From positions 1 through 28,844 of IMG/VR virus record IMGVR_UViG_3300030118_001361: a DNA stretch of 28,844 nt. The stretch is one strand, 5' to 3'. Position 1 is the first letter of the stretch, and every line of letters starts with the position of its first letter. Source of the DNA: a virus. Both the position numbers and the translations under genes were made by a program. The notes beneath the pieces were generated by a model that worked only from the letters and a program-made list of their open reading frames with translations, was not told the origin of the DNA and ran no database searches. Below are positions 1-9,077 of this stretch, one piece after another.

Positions 1-99
1 TACTGATCCTAGTTCTACTAATGAAGATGAGCCTGTTATAGACACTTCACTAAATCATTATTTTTCAAATACAAATGTTGTTAAAAGTTGGACAAGTCC
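1..99. repeat. Terminal overlap, exact copy of 28746..28844 (circular closure or assembly overlap)
   Basis: Base-by-base comparison shows 1..99 = 28746..28844. The repeat lies inside an open reading frame. Confidence 0.95.
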
Positions 100-2971
100 T
101 GGATTAAGTTTAGTTGATGGTGGTAGCACAAATGATATTATGTACCCTGTAGTAGATTATGGTCATACTAATATGCCTTATAATAGTGCTATGTTTTATG
201 ATCCAACAAGTATAGAAAATGATTTAAGCTATTATGGAGCAGTTAGAACAGGAGATTTAAAACCTGCAATAAGGCTACAAAGATTGTTATTGTTAATTGC
301 TCAAAAGGCAGGATATACAATTAAAAGTACGTTTTTAGGAATAGATGGAACAACACAAAGTGATACAAGTTTGTTTAGTAGATTATTTATGACACTATCT
401 ACAGAAACAACTAGAACGCAAACTTTGTTCAATACTACATCAGGCTCAGAAGCACCAATGGTAGGGTTTAAAGCAGAATTAACTAATACTACTGGTACAG
501 AAATATATACTAATAATGATTATCCTGACACAAGCGATGCAACTTGGTTTGCATCGTGTATACAGCATTTAAACGCTTTTAATGAAGTTTACGATCCAAA
601 TAATATATTTAGTGTTACAACATATAATGGTCAAAGTGAATATGATGGCGATAGCATACAGACTCCAACAATAACATTTCCTAGTGATTTAGATGGAGAT
701 GACGTTGTTTTAAGTGTAGGTACTATAGAAGTAAAAGTAGATTTTTCAATTTTAATGCCTAATGCAACAAGTGATGGCACACAAATAATACAGGGTAGTA
801 TTTTGTATGGTTGGATAAAAAACGGAATATATAACACGTTTGATGATGTGATAGAAGATTTTAGCTATAGTGGAGCTACAACTTTTAATTTTAGTCATAC
901 ATTTGAATTGAATGTAGAACCTGGTGCAGTATATAATTTCTTTATTACTATGTTGGGTATGAGTGAGCCAATACAGATATATTATCCTGAGTATGATATA
1001 ACTACAAATAGTTCACAACAGTTTGATCCACCAAAACTATTTACACCTTCCGTAACATCTTTAACTATACAAACTTTGCAAAGTGAAGAAATGGCATTAA
1101 CTAATGGTTTTGAAAATGGTATTGTTTCTATGTTTCATAATATGCCTGATATATTGCAAGAGGATTTTGTAAAAGATTTAGTAAATAGATTTAATCTAGT
1201 AATTAAAACTGATGCAGATGATGAAAAAAAATTAATTATAGAGCCATATCAAGATTATGTAAATTTAGGTACTACTCAATATTGGACTGATAAAATAGAT
1301 TTAAAAAAAGAGCAAGTTATTACAACTACTAATGACATGCAGTCAAAAGAATATCTACTAAAAGATAATGAAGATGCGGACTTGTTAAACAATAGATATT
1401 TTCAAGCATATGAAACAGTATATGGAACATACAAAGAAGTAAAAGCTAATGAATTTGCTAAGGGTACTTTTAGTAATTTTAGTATTATGGCTCCTTTTAT
1501 TGCACAAGGTATTGCGGATTGGTCTAATGGTAATTTAAACGGTAATTTTACTAGTCAAGATGTAGCTGTAGCATATTTATTTGAAGCAGATGAGGGTTCT
1601 AGTAGAAGTGTAATAGAAAATCAACTACCTAAAATATATTATTATAGTGGTACTCCAATAACTATTACAGGTACGGATAGTATTTTTAATTTGCCTTATA
1701 AGTTTCACGTTTATAGTAATAACTATAATATGAATAACGATAAGCACCCGTCTGATGATAACGATGGTTCAGTAAATAAATTTCCACTTTGCACACAATA
1801 CAATTTAGATAGTATAGGATCAGGTGTTACTGCTAATACTAAAATATTTAATTGGACGTGGTATAATCCTTATTTTAACACAGGATTTACTTTTGACTAT
1901 TTTGGTGCTACTTATACAGACAACGGATATTACAATGAATATTGGGCGCAATACTTAAACGAATTACATTCTGACGAATCTAGAATAATGGAATGCCATG
2001 TAAATTTAACGCCACAGGATATTAAAGACTTTGCAGGCAGTGGATTTCAAAATACGTTTTTTATTAAAAATACCTTATGGCGAGTTTTAGAAATAAAAAA
2101 TTATTTAGTAGGTGGTAATAAATCAACAAAAGTTAAATTAATCAAAGTAATAGAAAAACTACCTAATGATTGCGGTGCAGTAAATGTTATAACAGGTTCA
2201 GGATTGATGACATGGACTGATAGTGCAACAGGTGCTAGTACAACAATAACTAATTCTTGTTGTGAAGAAGTTAATGATAATTGGACTTTTATACAAACCA
2301 ATGCAAATGGAACAGGAGATTGTTATGCTGCAAGTAACTCTAGTAATAGCGGTACTTCTTTTGCATCTTTACTACCATATAATCCACCTGTAGAACCACA
2401 AAACTATGGTGCATTGATTCCTAGTAATATGCCTACAATACAAAATTCTTATGCTACATCTATTGGTTATGGTAAGTCTATGCAGTTTTTTTGTGAATGT
2501 ACTACAACTGATAATTCAACTGCATTTCCTTTTACATTTAAAGGTATAACGTCAAGCACTGTGTATTTCCCTCAATTTGTTACTAGCTATGTTCACTTAA
2601 AATTAACAGGTACTGTTTTAAAGGGTGCAAATACTTATAGTGTAGGATTTTTTGAATATGAAATAGTTATAAAAAACATAACAGCAGGAAATGATTATGT
2701 AGGTACAAATGGCGGAAAGGTTTTAAGCAATACAAAAGATACTAGCTTTACACAGCCTACAGTAAACATTAACAATTTTAGAGGTGGTAAATGGACACCG
2801 ACAGTAACAGGTGGATCAGATGAGTTTGTTTTTTGGACTGCTGAATTTAACATAACAAGTAGCCCTAAAATATATTTAAAACAAGCTACAAAAAAGGTTG
2901 CATTATATCAAAACGCAGATCAAACAGATCAAATAGCGTTTCAAAATACAGACTATTTATTATGGAACTAG
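1..2971 (+). CDS. Large tail fibre / host-recognition virion protein, distal about 990 codons. It is the continuation of 28336..28844 across the circular junction; the full gene is 3381 nt, 1126 aa.
   Basis: The frame of ORF 140..2971 stays open back to base 2 (TDPSSTNEDEPVIDTSLNHYF...). It is the same frame as the ORF opening at 28336 once the 28,745-bp offset is applied. The protein is large, Asn/Thr/Ser/Gly-rich and has a Cys cluster (CCEEVNDNW...GDCY), which is typical of fibre or receptor-binding proteins. It sits in the tail module. Confidence 0.7.
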   Translation, partial: TDPSSTNEDEPVIDTSLNHYFSNTNVVKSWTSPGLSLVDGGSTNDIMYPVVDYGHTNMPYNSAMFYDPTSIENDLSYYGAVRTGDLKPAIRLQRLLLLIAQKAGYTIKSTFLGIDGTTQSDTSLFSRLFMTLSTETTRTQTLFNTTSGSEAPMVGFKAELTNTTGTEIYTNNDYPDTSDATWFASCIQHLNAFNEVYDPNNIFSVTTYNGQSEYDGDSIQTPTITFPSDLDGDDVVLSVGTIEVKVDFSILMPNATSDGTQIIQGSILYGWIKNGIYNTFDDVIEDFSYSGATTFNFSHTFELNVEPGAVYNFFITMLGMSEPIQIYYPEYDITTNSSQQFDPPKLFTPSVTSLTIQTLQSEEMALTNGFENGIVSMFHNMPDILQEDFVKDLVNRFNLVIKTDADDEKKLIIEPYQDYVNLGTTQYWTDKIDLKKEQVITTTNDMQSKEYLLKDNEDADLLNNRYFQAYETVYGTYKEVKANEFAKGTFSNFSIMAPFIAQGIADWSNGNLNGNFTSQDVAVAYLFEADEGSSRSVIENQLPKIYYYSGTPITITGTDSIFNLPYKFHVYSNNYNMNNDKHPSDDNDGSVNKFPLCTQYNLDSIGSGVTANTKIFNWTWYNPYFNTGFTFDYFGATYTDNGYYNEYWAQYLNELHSDESRIMECHVNLTPQDIKDFAGSGFQNTFFIKNTLWRVLEIKNYLVGGNKSTKVKLIKVIEKLPNDCGAVNVITGSGLMTWTDSATGASTTITNSCCEEVNDNWTFIQTNANGTGDCYAASNSSNSGTSFASLLPYNPPVEPQNYGALIPSNMPTIQNSYATSIGYGKSMQFFCECTTTDNSTAFPFTFKGITSSTVYFPQFVTSYVHLKLTGTVLKGANTYSVGFFEYEIVIKNITAGNDYVGTNGGKVLSNTKDTSFTQPTVNINNFRGGKWTPTVTGGSDEFVFWTAEFNITSSPKIYLKQATKKVALYQNADQTDQIAFQNTDYLLWN

Positions 2972-3141
2972 AAAAGTATATTAAATCAATAGGCAAAACT
3001 ATGCCAATGTTATTACAGATGTTATCTAATATAGATACTGACGATGATAAATATGCTTTTGCAACAGGTGCAGAGGAATATCCAACAACAATAAAAGAAA
3101 CATTAAAAAGAATAAAAGATATGCTATGGCAGAAAAAGTAA
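2962..3141 (+). CDS. Small hypothetical protein (59 aa, below the ORF-track cutoff) immediately upstream of the tape-measure-like gene
   Basis: ATG at 2962, TAA at 3139-3141; MELEKYIKSIGKTMPMLLQMLSNIDTDDDKYAFATGAEEYPTTIKETLKRIKDMLWQKK. It overlaps the upstream stop by 10 nt and the downstream start by 16 nt, the same coupled packing as its neighbours. Confidence 0.4.
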   Translation: MELEKYIKSIGKTMPMLLQMLSNIDTDDDKYAFATGAEEYPTTIKETLKRIKDMLWQKK

Positions 3142-4877
3142 CAATAGAGGTTGACGCAGAGGTAAAAAAAGCGTTAGATAATTTAGAGAAAATAAAACAA
3201 AAGATTGATGATATTTCTGATGATACTAAAGAGGTCGGAGATTCAGCAAAAAAGGCAGCAGAGGGAACAAAAACTTTAGCTACAGGTTTTAATGCCGTAG
3301 GCGTAGCTATGAAAGCTGCAAACTTTACTTTAGTTTCAAAAATGGTTAACAAATTATTTGAGGGTTTACAAAAAAACCAACAAATAGCAGATGCTGTTTC
3401 AACTGCATTTAATATTATTGGTGTAGTTACAGGTAAGGTTAGTGAAGTAATTACAACTGCTGTAAATAGGGCAGGAGCATTAACAGGTAATTTTGACGCT
3501 TTAGGTAGAATTATAACAAACTTAATTAAACTTGCTTTAAATCCTGTAAAACTTGTTTTTAATAGTTTAGCTTTGGTTATAAAAGAAGTACAATTATCTT
3601 GGGAGCAGTCGTGGTTAGGTAAAGGAGATGTAGCTAGAATACAAGAGTTGACACAACAAATAACAGGATATAAACAAGAAATAAAAGATGCAGCAGAAGA
3701 AACTTTAAAAGCAGGTAAAGGTATTGTTGTAGATTTTAGAGAAGGAATTGGAGAAGTTGTTAAATTAGGAGAAGTAGTAAGAACAGAATTTAACAATACG
3801 TTTAAAGACTTAACAGTAAAATCAGTATTAGATCAAGCAGAAGCAGTTACAAAAGCTACAACTAACATTGGTTTACTACAAGCTAAATTAAATGAAGTTA
3901 GGATAGAATTTGAAACACAAGCAGAACAACAAAGAGCAATAAGAGATGATATTAGCCAAAGTATAGATGACAGAATACAAGCAAATGCAGAACTATTAAG
4001 AATTTCACAAGAACAAGCAGATGCAGAAATAGAAGCTATAAAAGCACAGCAAAGTGCATTAAGGCAAAGAATGGCAGTAGAAGTTGATAATGCTGATTTA
4101 AAAGCACAAATAGCAGAGCTAGACAATGCTGCATTAGAAACAGAATTAAGAAGAACGCAGTTAGCAAAAGAAAGTAAAGAACAAGAAAACGCTTTAGATC
4201 AAGAAAGAATTGCAAACAAATTAGAATTAGATAGAATTACAGAGCAAGAATTAGAAAAACAAGAAATAGAACTTACTGCTGAAAGAGATAGATTAATAAG
4301 ATTAGCAGAAGTTTCTTATACTGTAGAAGAAGAAAAAAATGCTAAAATATTACAAATAAAAAATAAATTTGATAGGGATATACTAAAAGCAGAAGTAGCA
4401 ATGCAGTCAAAACAAGAGGCAATGAGGCAACAAGAACTGCAAAGAGAAAGAGCATTACAAGAAAATAAAATGGCTGTTATAAGTGGTGCTTTAAGTGGTA
4501 TTGGTGCATTGGTAGGTAAAGAAACACAAGCGGGTAAAATGTTAGCAGTAGCACAAGCAACCATAGATACATACGCAGGTGCAACAAAAGCGTTAGCACA
4601 GGGTGGTGTTCTAGGTTATGTTGGTGCAGCAGGTGTTATTGCAACAGGTATAGCTAATATTAAAACAATTACACAAACGCCTATACCTGATCAACCAGAC
4701 GGACCACCACCACCTGCTCCTGAACAAATAATGCAAAATGCACCTGAAGAATTGGCTTTGCCTACATTTGGTGCAATAGAAGCAGAAGCTCCACCAGTAC
4801 AAGCATACGTTGTGGAAAGTGATGTTAGTAACGCACAAGCAATAGCAGATGAATTAGCGTTACAAGCTACGTTGTAA
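3126..4877 (+). CDS. Tape-measure-like / internal virion protein (583 aa)
   Basis: Long A/E/Q/K-rich coiled-coil stretches are followed by a Gly/Ala-rich hydrophobic segment (GALSGIGALVGKETQAGKMLAVAQATIDTYAGATKALAQGGVLGYVGAAGVIATGIANI) and a Pro-rich tail (PDQPDGPPPPAPE). The antisense strand carries only low-complexity shadow ORFs. Confidence 0.55.
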   Translation: MAEKVTIEVDAEVKKALDNLEKIKQKIDDISDDTKEVGDSAKKAAEGTKTLATGFNAVGVAMKAANFTLVSKMVNKLFEGLQKNQQIADAVSTAFNIIGVVTGKVSEVITTAVNRAGALTGNFDALGRIITNLIKLALNPVKLVFNSLALVIKEVQLSWEQSWLGKGDVARIQELTQQITGYKQEIKDAAEETLKAGKGIVVDFREGIGEVVKLGEVVRTEFNNTFKDLTVKSVLDQAEAVTKATTNIGLLQAKLNEVRIEFETQAEQQRAIRDDISQSIDDRIQANAELLRISQEQADAEIEAIKAQQSALRQRMAVEVDNADLKAQIAELDNAALETELRRTQLAKESKEQENALDQERIANKLELDRITEQELEKQEIELTAERDRLIRLAEVSYTVEEEKNAKILQIKNKFDRDILKAEVAMQSKQEAMRQQELQRERALQENKMAVISGALSGIGALVGKETQAGKMLAVAQATIDTYAGATKALAQGGVLGYVGAAGVIATGIANIKTITQTPIPDQPDGPPPPAPEQIMQNAPEELALPTFGAIEAEAPPVQAYVVESDVSNAQAIADELALQATL

Positions 4878-4891
4878 ACAATTTTAAACAA

Positions 4892-4904
4892 TTTATATTT
4901 ATAA
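4892..4904 (+). promoter_or_regulatory. Copy of the conserved 13-mer TTTATATTTATAA, 2 nt upstream of the protease ATG
   Basis: The same exact 13-mer also occurs at 8705..8717 and 24998..25010, always just 5' of a structural-gene start. Confidence 0.35.
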
Positions 4905-4906
4905 GT

Positions 4907-5920
4907 ATGAGCAAAGAAAAAATTAAAAAAGTAGAATTAATTATAGATGAAGAAGCAGATAGATTTGGTGTAGAAGCTATCAGTCTAGTTGAATTTCCAG
5001 CGATTGAAGAAAACTTTATGTTTTTTAATAAAGATCAATTTTTAAGTTTAGCTAAATTAGATGAAGAACAAAAAACACTAGTTGGAGCAGTTCTAATACC
5101 TAATAAAGAAATACCTAGATACGATCAAGAATTAGACGAAAAGTACACAGTGTTTTTTACAGAAGATACTATAAAAAAAGCTCAGGAATTATTTATGTCA
5201 AGTCTAAGAAACAACAATGCTACCTATGAGCATAAAGTTCCTGTTAAGGGATTAAGCGTAGTTGAGAGCTGGATAAAGGAAGACGAAAAAAATGACAAGT
5301 CTAACTCTTATGGATTTAAAAAATTACCACTTGGTACTTGGTTTGTAAAAATGAAAGTAAATAATGATGAGATATGGAATAGTGTAAAAGAGGGCAAAGT
5401 AAGGGGATTTAGTATAGAGGGGTTTTTTACTGACAAAATAATTGAAGCGTCAAGACCTAAAGATATTATAGATTTAGCTGAAGAATGTACTGACTGTCCT
5501 GATGAGGTTACATTAGGAAAGATTAGAGATATTATACTAGAAAATGAATTGTCAGTAGTAGGTACATTAGATGGCGAACCTTTATTTGCTACTAAAGAAG
5601 AAGCTAAGATATATGCAGAAATGTTTAAAGGTTGTAAAGGTTTTCATACTCATAGAGTAAATGGTGTTGTAAGATATATGGCTTGTGAAACACACGCAGA
5701 TAGCACAAAGGTTGAATATACAGAAAATGAATTAGGAAAGAAACGTAAAAAATATAAGAAAAAATACAAGTATGTTGAATACGCAGACTTTGTAAACAAT
5801 CAGGCATTAGCTAAGTATTCTTGGGAACAATGTATAAGAGATATGGTAAAACAATACGGCAACAAAGAAACTGCTGCTAAAGTATGTTCTTCCATAAAAA
5901 ATAGGACTGTAAATAGGTAG
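4907..5920 (+). CDS. Prohead protease, XkdF-like N-terminal domain with a Cys/His-containing C-terminal extension
   Basis: The N-terminus (VELIIDEEADRFGVEAISLVEFPAIEENFMFF...LVGAVLIPNKEIPRYD...YTVFFTEDTIKKAQELFM...ATYEHK) looks like the PBSX XkdF-type phage protease family. The gene lies directly upstream of the scaffold and capsid genes. Confidence 0.65.
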   Translation: MSKEKIKKVELIIDEEADRFGVEAISLVEFPAIEENFMFFNKDQFLSLAKLDEEQKTLVGAVLIPNKEIPRYDQELDEKYTVFFTEDTIKKAQELFMSSLRNNNATYEHKVPVKGLSVVESWIKEDEKNDKSNSYGFKKLPLGTWFVKMKVNNDEIWNSVKEGKVRGFSIEGFFTDKIIEASRPKDIIDLAEECTDCPDEVTLGKIRDIILENELSVVGTLDGEPLFATKEEAKIYAEMFKGCKGFHTHRVNGVVRYMACETHADSTKVEYTENELGKKRKKYKKKYKYVEYADFVNNQALAKYSWEQCIRDMVKQYGNKETAAKVCSSIKNRTVNR

Positions 5921-5968
5921 TCCTGTGAACAATTATTTAAGTTTAATATTTATAAAAAAAGAATAACA

Positions 5969-6667
5969 ATGACTACAATAGAAAAAATCAAAAAACTCTT
6001 ATTATCAAAAGAGGAAAGCAAAGAAACTAAAATGTATGCTGAGATGATTTTAGATGATGGTAGAGTACTAGCAACAGAAGATGATCAGTTTATGATTGGT
6101 TCTGTTGTAATGGTTGTTGGAGATGACGGAGAAACGTCGCCTTTAACAGCAGGTACTTATACTATGTCTGATGGTGCTAAATTAACCATTGATGAAGATT
6201 CTAAAATTCTTGACATGGGAGAAGAAAAAGAAGCAGAAGAAGTTGAGAATGAAGAAGAAAAAGAGGAAATGCAAGAAGAAGAAGAAAAAGAAATGGAAGA
6301 AATAGATGAGGAAGAATTATCTAAAGCAATATTTGATCACACACCTGATCACGTTAGTAAAGACAAAGCTAAAGAAATGGCTAAAAAAGTAAAAGAAATG
6401 GCTTATGGTAACAAAGAAGAAATGTCAGAAGAAGTAGAGGAAGTTGAAGAAGATAAAGAAGAAGAAATGGTTGAGATGTCTAAAGATATGATTTCTTCAT
6501 TAGTAGAAGAAGTTGAGGAACTAAAATCTCAAATAGTTGAATTAGAAAAAACTCCAGGATCTGTGGGATTTACTCACAACCCTGAAGTATATAATAAATC
6601 TGAAAAAGTAGATTTATCAAAGATGACTGCTATGAAACGAGCAGCATATTACATTAATAACAAATAA
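5969..6667 (+). CDS. Scaffolding-like acidic protein
   Basis: It has an extremely Glu-rich, helical, low-complexity core (EEKEAEEVENEEEKEEMQEEEEKEMEEIDEEE...). It sits between the protease and the major capsid gene. Confidence 0.6.
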   Translation: MTTIEKIKKLLLSKEESKETKMYAEMILDDGRVLATEDDQFMIGSVVMVVGDDGETSPLTAGTYTMSDGAKLTIDEDSKILDMGEEKEAEEVENEEEKEEMQEEEEKEMEEIDEEELSKAIFDHTPDHVSKDKAKEMAKKVKEMAYGNKEEMSEEVEEVEEDKEEEMVEMSKDMISSLVEEVEELKSQIVELEKTPGSVGFTHNPEVYNKSEKVDLSKMTAMKRAAYYINNK

Positions 6668-6678
6668 ATATTTAAAAA

Positions 6679-7671
6679 ATGGCAAATAACAATTATAATT
6701 TATCAAAAGAGTATCAGTTTGACATAACTGTTACTGACAATACTTACGCAGGTAAGTTAGCTTTGCCTTATGTAACTGCTGCAGTTAAAAGTCCTGACAC
6801 AGTTGCTAAAGGTTATGTAAGAACAATAGATGGTTTAAATAGAAAAGCAGTAATTTCTAATTTAGGAATTAATGATCCTATTGTTGCTGCATCTTGTTCT
6901 TTTTCATCAGGTAATGACACATCATTAACTGAGCAAGTTTTAACACTTACTGACTTAAAAGTAAATGAAGAAATTTGTAGAGGTACTATTTTTCCTACTT
7001 GGATTGGAGAAAATATGGACAGAAACGGAAACCTGCCAGGAACGTTTGAAGATTTCTTATTATCTACTGTTGCTGGTAAAGCAGCAGCACAATTAGAAAA
7101 TGGAATTTGGGTAGCAGACGCTTCTTCAATATTTGGAGCTGGGTTTTTATCTAATGATGGAGTATTTGACCAATCAGGTCTTAACGCCTCAGCTTGTGCT
7201 GACTTTACACAATCTACTTTAAATTCAGGAGCAGCTACTACTAATGCTAATATAGATGACGCATTAGCAACAGTATTTAATGCTGTAGTTGGATCACACC
7301 CTGGATTAATTGATAAGCCAGGATTTGGATTCTATATGAACAACAAAATGTATGGATTCTATGGACAATTTTTAACTGCTTCTGGTTCTGGACAAGGTAT
7401 CAATATGAAAGGTTCAGATCAGAGTATTGATGGTTTAACATACTTAGGTTACCCAATTTACAGATGTCCTGGTATGCCAGATGACGCTATTGTTGCAACA
7501 TATAAAGAAAATTTGGTATTTGGAACTAACCTAGCTACTGATTGGACAGAAGCAAGAGTTATACCAACTTATCAGTATGATGGCTCAGACAATGTAAGAA
7601 TTGTTATGAACTTTGCAATAGGTGTACAAACTGGAGTTAAAAATGACGGAGTTGTTGGTTGTATATTCTAA
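6679..7671 (+). CDS. Major capsid protein
   Basis: A 330-aa protein in protease-scaffold-capsid order, followed by the strongest intrinsic terminator in the window. The composition is typical of capsid proteins. Confidence 0.75.
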   Translation: MANNNYNLSKEYQFDITVTDNTYAGKLALPYVTAAVKSPDTVAKGYVRTIDGLNRKAVISNLGINDPIVAASCSFSSGNDTSLTEQVLTLTDLKVNEEICRGTIFPTWIGENMDRNGNLPGTFEDFLLSTVAGKAAAQLENGIWVADASSIFGAGFLSNDGVFDQSGLNASACADFTQSTLNSGAATTNANIDDALATVFNAVVGSHPGLIDKPGFGFYMNNKMYGFYGQFLTASGSGQGINMKGSDQSIDGLTYLGYPIYRCPGMPDDAIVATYKENLVFGTNLATDWTEARVIPTYQYDGSDNVRIVMNFAIGVQTGVKNDGVVGCIF

Positions 7672-7685
7672 ATTGAATTAAATTA

Positions 7686-7713
7686 GGGGTGTGAAATACC
7701 ACCCCTTTTTTTT
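7686..7713 (+). terminator. Rho-independent terminator after the capsid gene
   Basis: GGGGTG (7686-7691), an 8-nt loop, CACCCC (7700-7705), then T8 (7706-7713). Confidence 0.8.
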
Positions 7714-7745
7714 AAAAGAGTATTAATAATATAAAATAAATAAAC

Positions 7746-8351
7746 ATGGCTTGTAATTTAACACGAGGTTTATTAGTTGACTGTAAAGATCAAATAGGTG
7801 GACTGAAAAAAATCTTCTTTACTCAGTCTTATTGTTCTGACATTAGAGCAAGTGCTACATTTAATGGTACTAATGCTTTACAAATGGACACGGCAGGTTT
7901 TACTAATTGGGATATTTACGGTGGTTCTACTGTAAATGTTTTTCAGTATGATTTAAGACCTAATCTTTCATCTATGACAGTAAATGTTAATAGTGATCCT
8001 GCAACAGGTACTACATTCTTTGAACAAACTCTTTCTATTACTCTACAAAAATTATCAGTTGCACAGACTAATGAACTTAAGCTGATTTCTTATAATAGAA
8101 GTCAAGTATTTGTCTTAGACAATAACGATAATGTATTTTTGCTAGGAATGGATAATGGTTGTGATGTTTCAGGTGGTACTGCGGTTAGTGGTGCTGCTAA
8201 AGGAGATATGACGGGTTTTACTTTAGAACTTAGAGCAGAAGAAAAAGATCCTTTAATTTGGCTTCCTGCAACTGCTGGTGGTGGAACTGCTAAATATCCA
8301 TTTGATGGATTAAGTGATGAAGCTGCTTTAAATATTGCAGTAGGAACATAA
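7746..8351 (+). CDS. Candidate major tail (tube) protein
   Basis: A 201-aa protein with the pattern C..D.IGGLKKIFF...VFVLDNNDNVFLLGMDNGCDVSGG...GDMTGFTLELRAEE, which recalls siphovirus major tail proteins. It is bracketed by two terminators, suggesting high expression. Confidence 0.4.
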   Translation: MACNLTRGLLVDCKDQIGGLKKIFFTQSYCSDIRASATFNGTNALQMDTAGFTNWDIYGGSTVNVFQYDLRPNLSSMTVNVNSDPATGTTFFEQTLSITLQKLSVAQTNELKLISYNRSQVFVLDNNDNVFLLGMDNGCDVSGGTAVSGAAKGDMTGFTLELRAEEKDPLIWLPATAGGGTAKYPFDGLSDEAALNIAVGT

Positions 8352-8374
8352 TTAATAAATCGTTACTCAAAAAG

Positions 8375-8400
8375 AAAGGGGCAATATAGCCCCTTTTTTT
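8375..8400. terminator. Bidirectional intrinsic terminator between convergent genes
   Basis: AAAGGGGC / loop AATATA / GCCCCTTT, followed by T7 on the + strand and a T-rich tract on the - strand. It lies between the + gene ending at 8351 and the - gene ending at 8402. Confidence 0.75.
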
Positions 8401-8401
8401 A

Positions 8402-8590
8402 TTACCAAGATTTAACTTCATTATAAACTTTGTCAAATTGACTTATCATATCTTTTGACAAATCTTCTTTATATTGTCCTTGCATAAAATTTTTATTTGT
8501 TTTATATACATTACCATTTAGCAACATTAGTATTTTATTATTATAGATAAAATAAGTTACATTGTTATTTTCATAGATTCCATTTTTCAT
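8402..8590 (-). CDS. Hypothetical 62-aa protein, an isolated reverse-strand moron inside the structural region
   Basis: ATG-initiated ORF ending right at the bidirectional terminator, with about 100 nt of very AT-rich DNA upstream of it (8591-8690). Confidence 0.5.
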   Translation of the reverse strand: MKNGIYENNNVTYFIYNNKILMLLNGNVYKTNKNFMQGQYKEDLSKDMISQFDKVYNEVKSW

Positions 8591-8704
8591 TACTTTTTTG
8601 TTTTAATTATTATACTACATAATATATAAAAAAAATTTAACATAAATACTATAATTATAAAATAATTTTAATAAAATATACAAGTTGTGAACAATATAAT
8701 GACT

Positions 8705-8717
8705 TTTATATTTATAA
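8705..8717 (+). promoter_or_regulatory. Copy of the conserved 13-mer TTTATATTTATAA, 11 nt upstream of the ATG at 8729
   Basis: Exact match to 4892..4904 and 24998..25010. Confidence 0.35.
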
Positions 8718-8728
8718 TAAACTATATT

Positions 8729-8944
8729 ATGGCTTGGAAAGTTAAAGACGAATACAAAGACCTAAAACCAATAAATATGAATTTGGCTTATGGTCAATTA
8801 TTACCGCACCAAATAAAAAATTTAAGCGATGAGGTAAAAGATAAATATTTTACAAACGAATCTAAATCTAAGAAGAAGGTAAAAACAAAAAAAGTAGAGA
8901 TAGAAGATGATTTAGACTTTATAGGTGGTAACAATGGGAACTAA
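8729..8944 (+). CDS. Hypothetical protein (71 aa from the ATG at 8729; the ORF track starts at a GTG at 8687)
   Basis: The in-frame ATG at 8729 (MAWKVKDEYKDLKPINMNLAYGQ...) follows the conserved 13-mer. The upstream GTG extension is a hydrophobic, AT-rich translation. Confidence 0.45.
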   Translation: MAWKVKDEYKDLKPINMNLAYGQLLPHQIKNLSDEVKDKYFTNESKSKKKVKTKKVEIEDDLDFIGGNNGN

Positions 8945-9077
8945 AACAGAAAACGTAGATATAAACAAAAATATGTACCAGGAACTTATTGAAAAACTAG
9001 CTACTGTTGAAGATTCAGAAGAACAAGCAAGACTAGTTAAAGAATATTATACTAAAATTTTTACAGTTAGAAGTTAA
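8934..9077 (+). CDS. Small hypothetical protein (47 aa)
   Basis: MGTKTENVDINKNMYQELIEKLATVEDSEEQARLVKEYYTKIFTVRS. Its TAA shares a base with the next ATG (TAATG at 9075-9079). Confidence 0.4.
   Translation: MGTKTENVDINKNMYQELIEKLATVEDSEEQARLVKEYYTKIFTVRS

Noticed and set aside
1-99. Reading the 99-bp terminal repeat as a physical direct terminal repeat or a mobile-element boundary
   Set aside because: The repeat lies in the middle of an uninterrupted 1126-codon reading frame and is of k-mer-like length. Circular closure or assembler overlap is the simpler explanation.
3026-4891. Long reverse-strand ORFs (3026..3796, 3833..4126, 4316..4564, 4611..4838, 4691..4891) opposite the tape-measure-like gene
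   Set aside because: Their translations are low-complexity Ser/Ala/Cys/Leu strings. They arise because the GAA/GCA/AAA-rich sense codons rarely create antisense stops. The + strand ORF has a coherent coiled-coil protein sequence and fits the operon.
6200-6490. GAA/GAG-rich repetitive DNA that could look like a tandem repeat or array
   Set aside because: It is simply the codon-level reflection of the poly-Glu scaffold core. It is in frame, irregular, and has no spacer/repeat periodicity.
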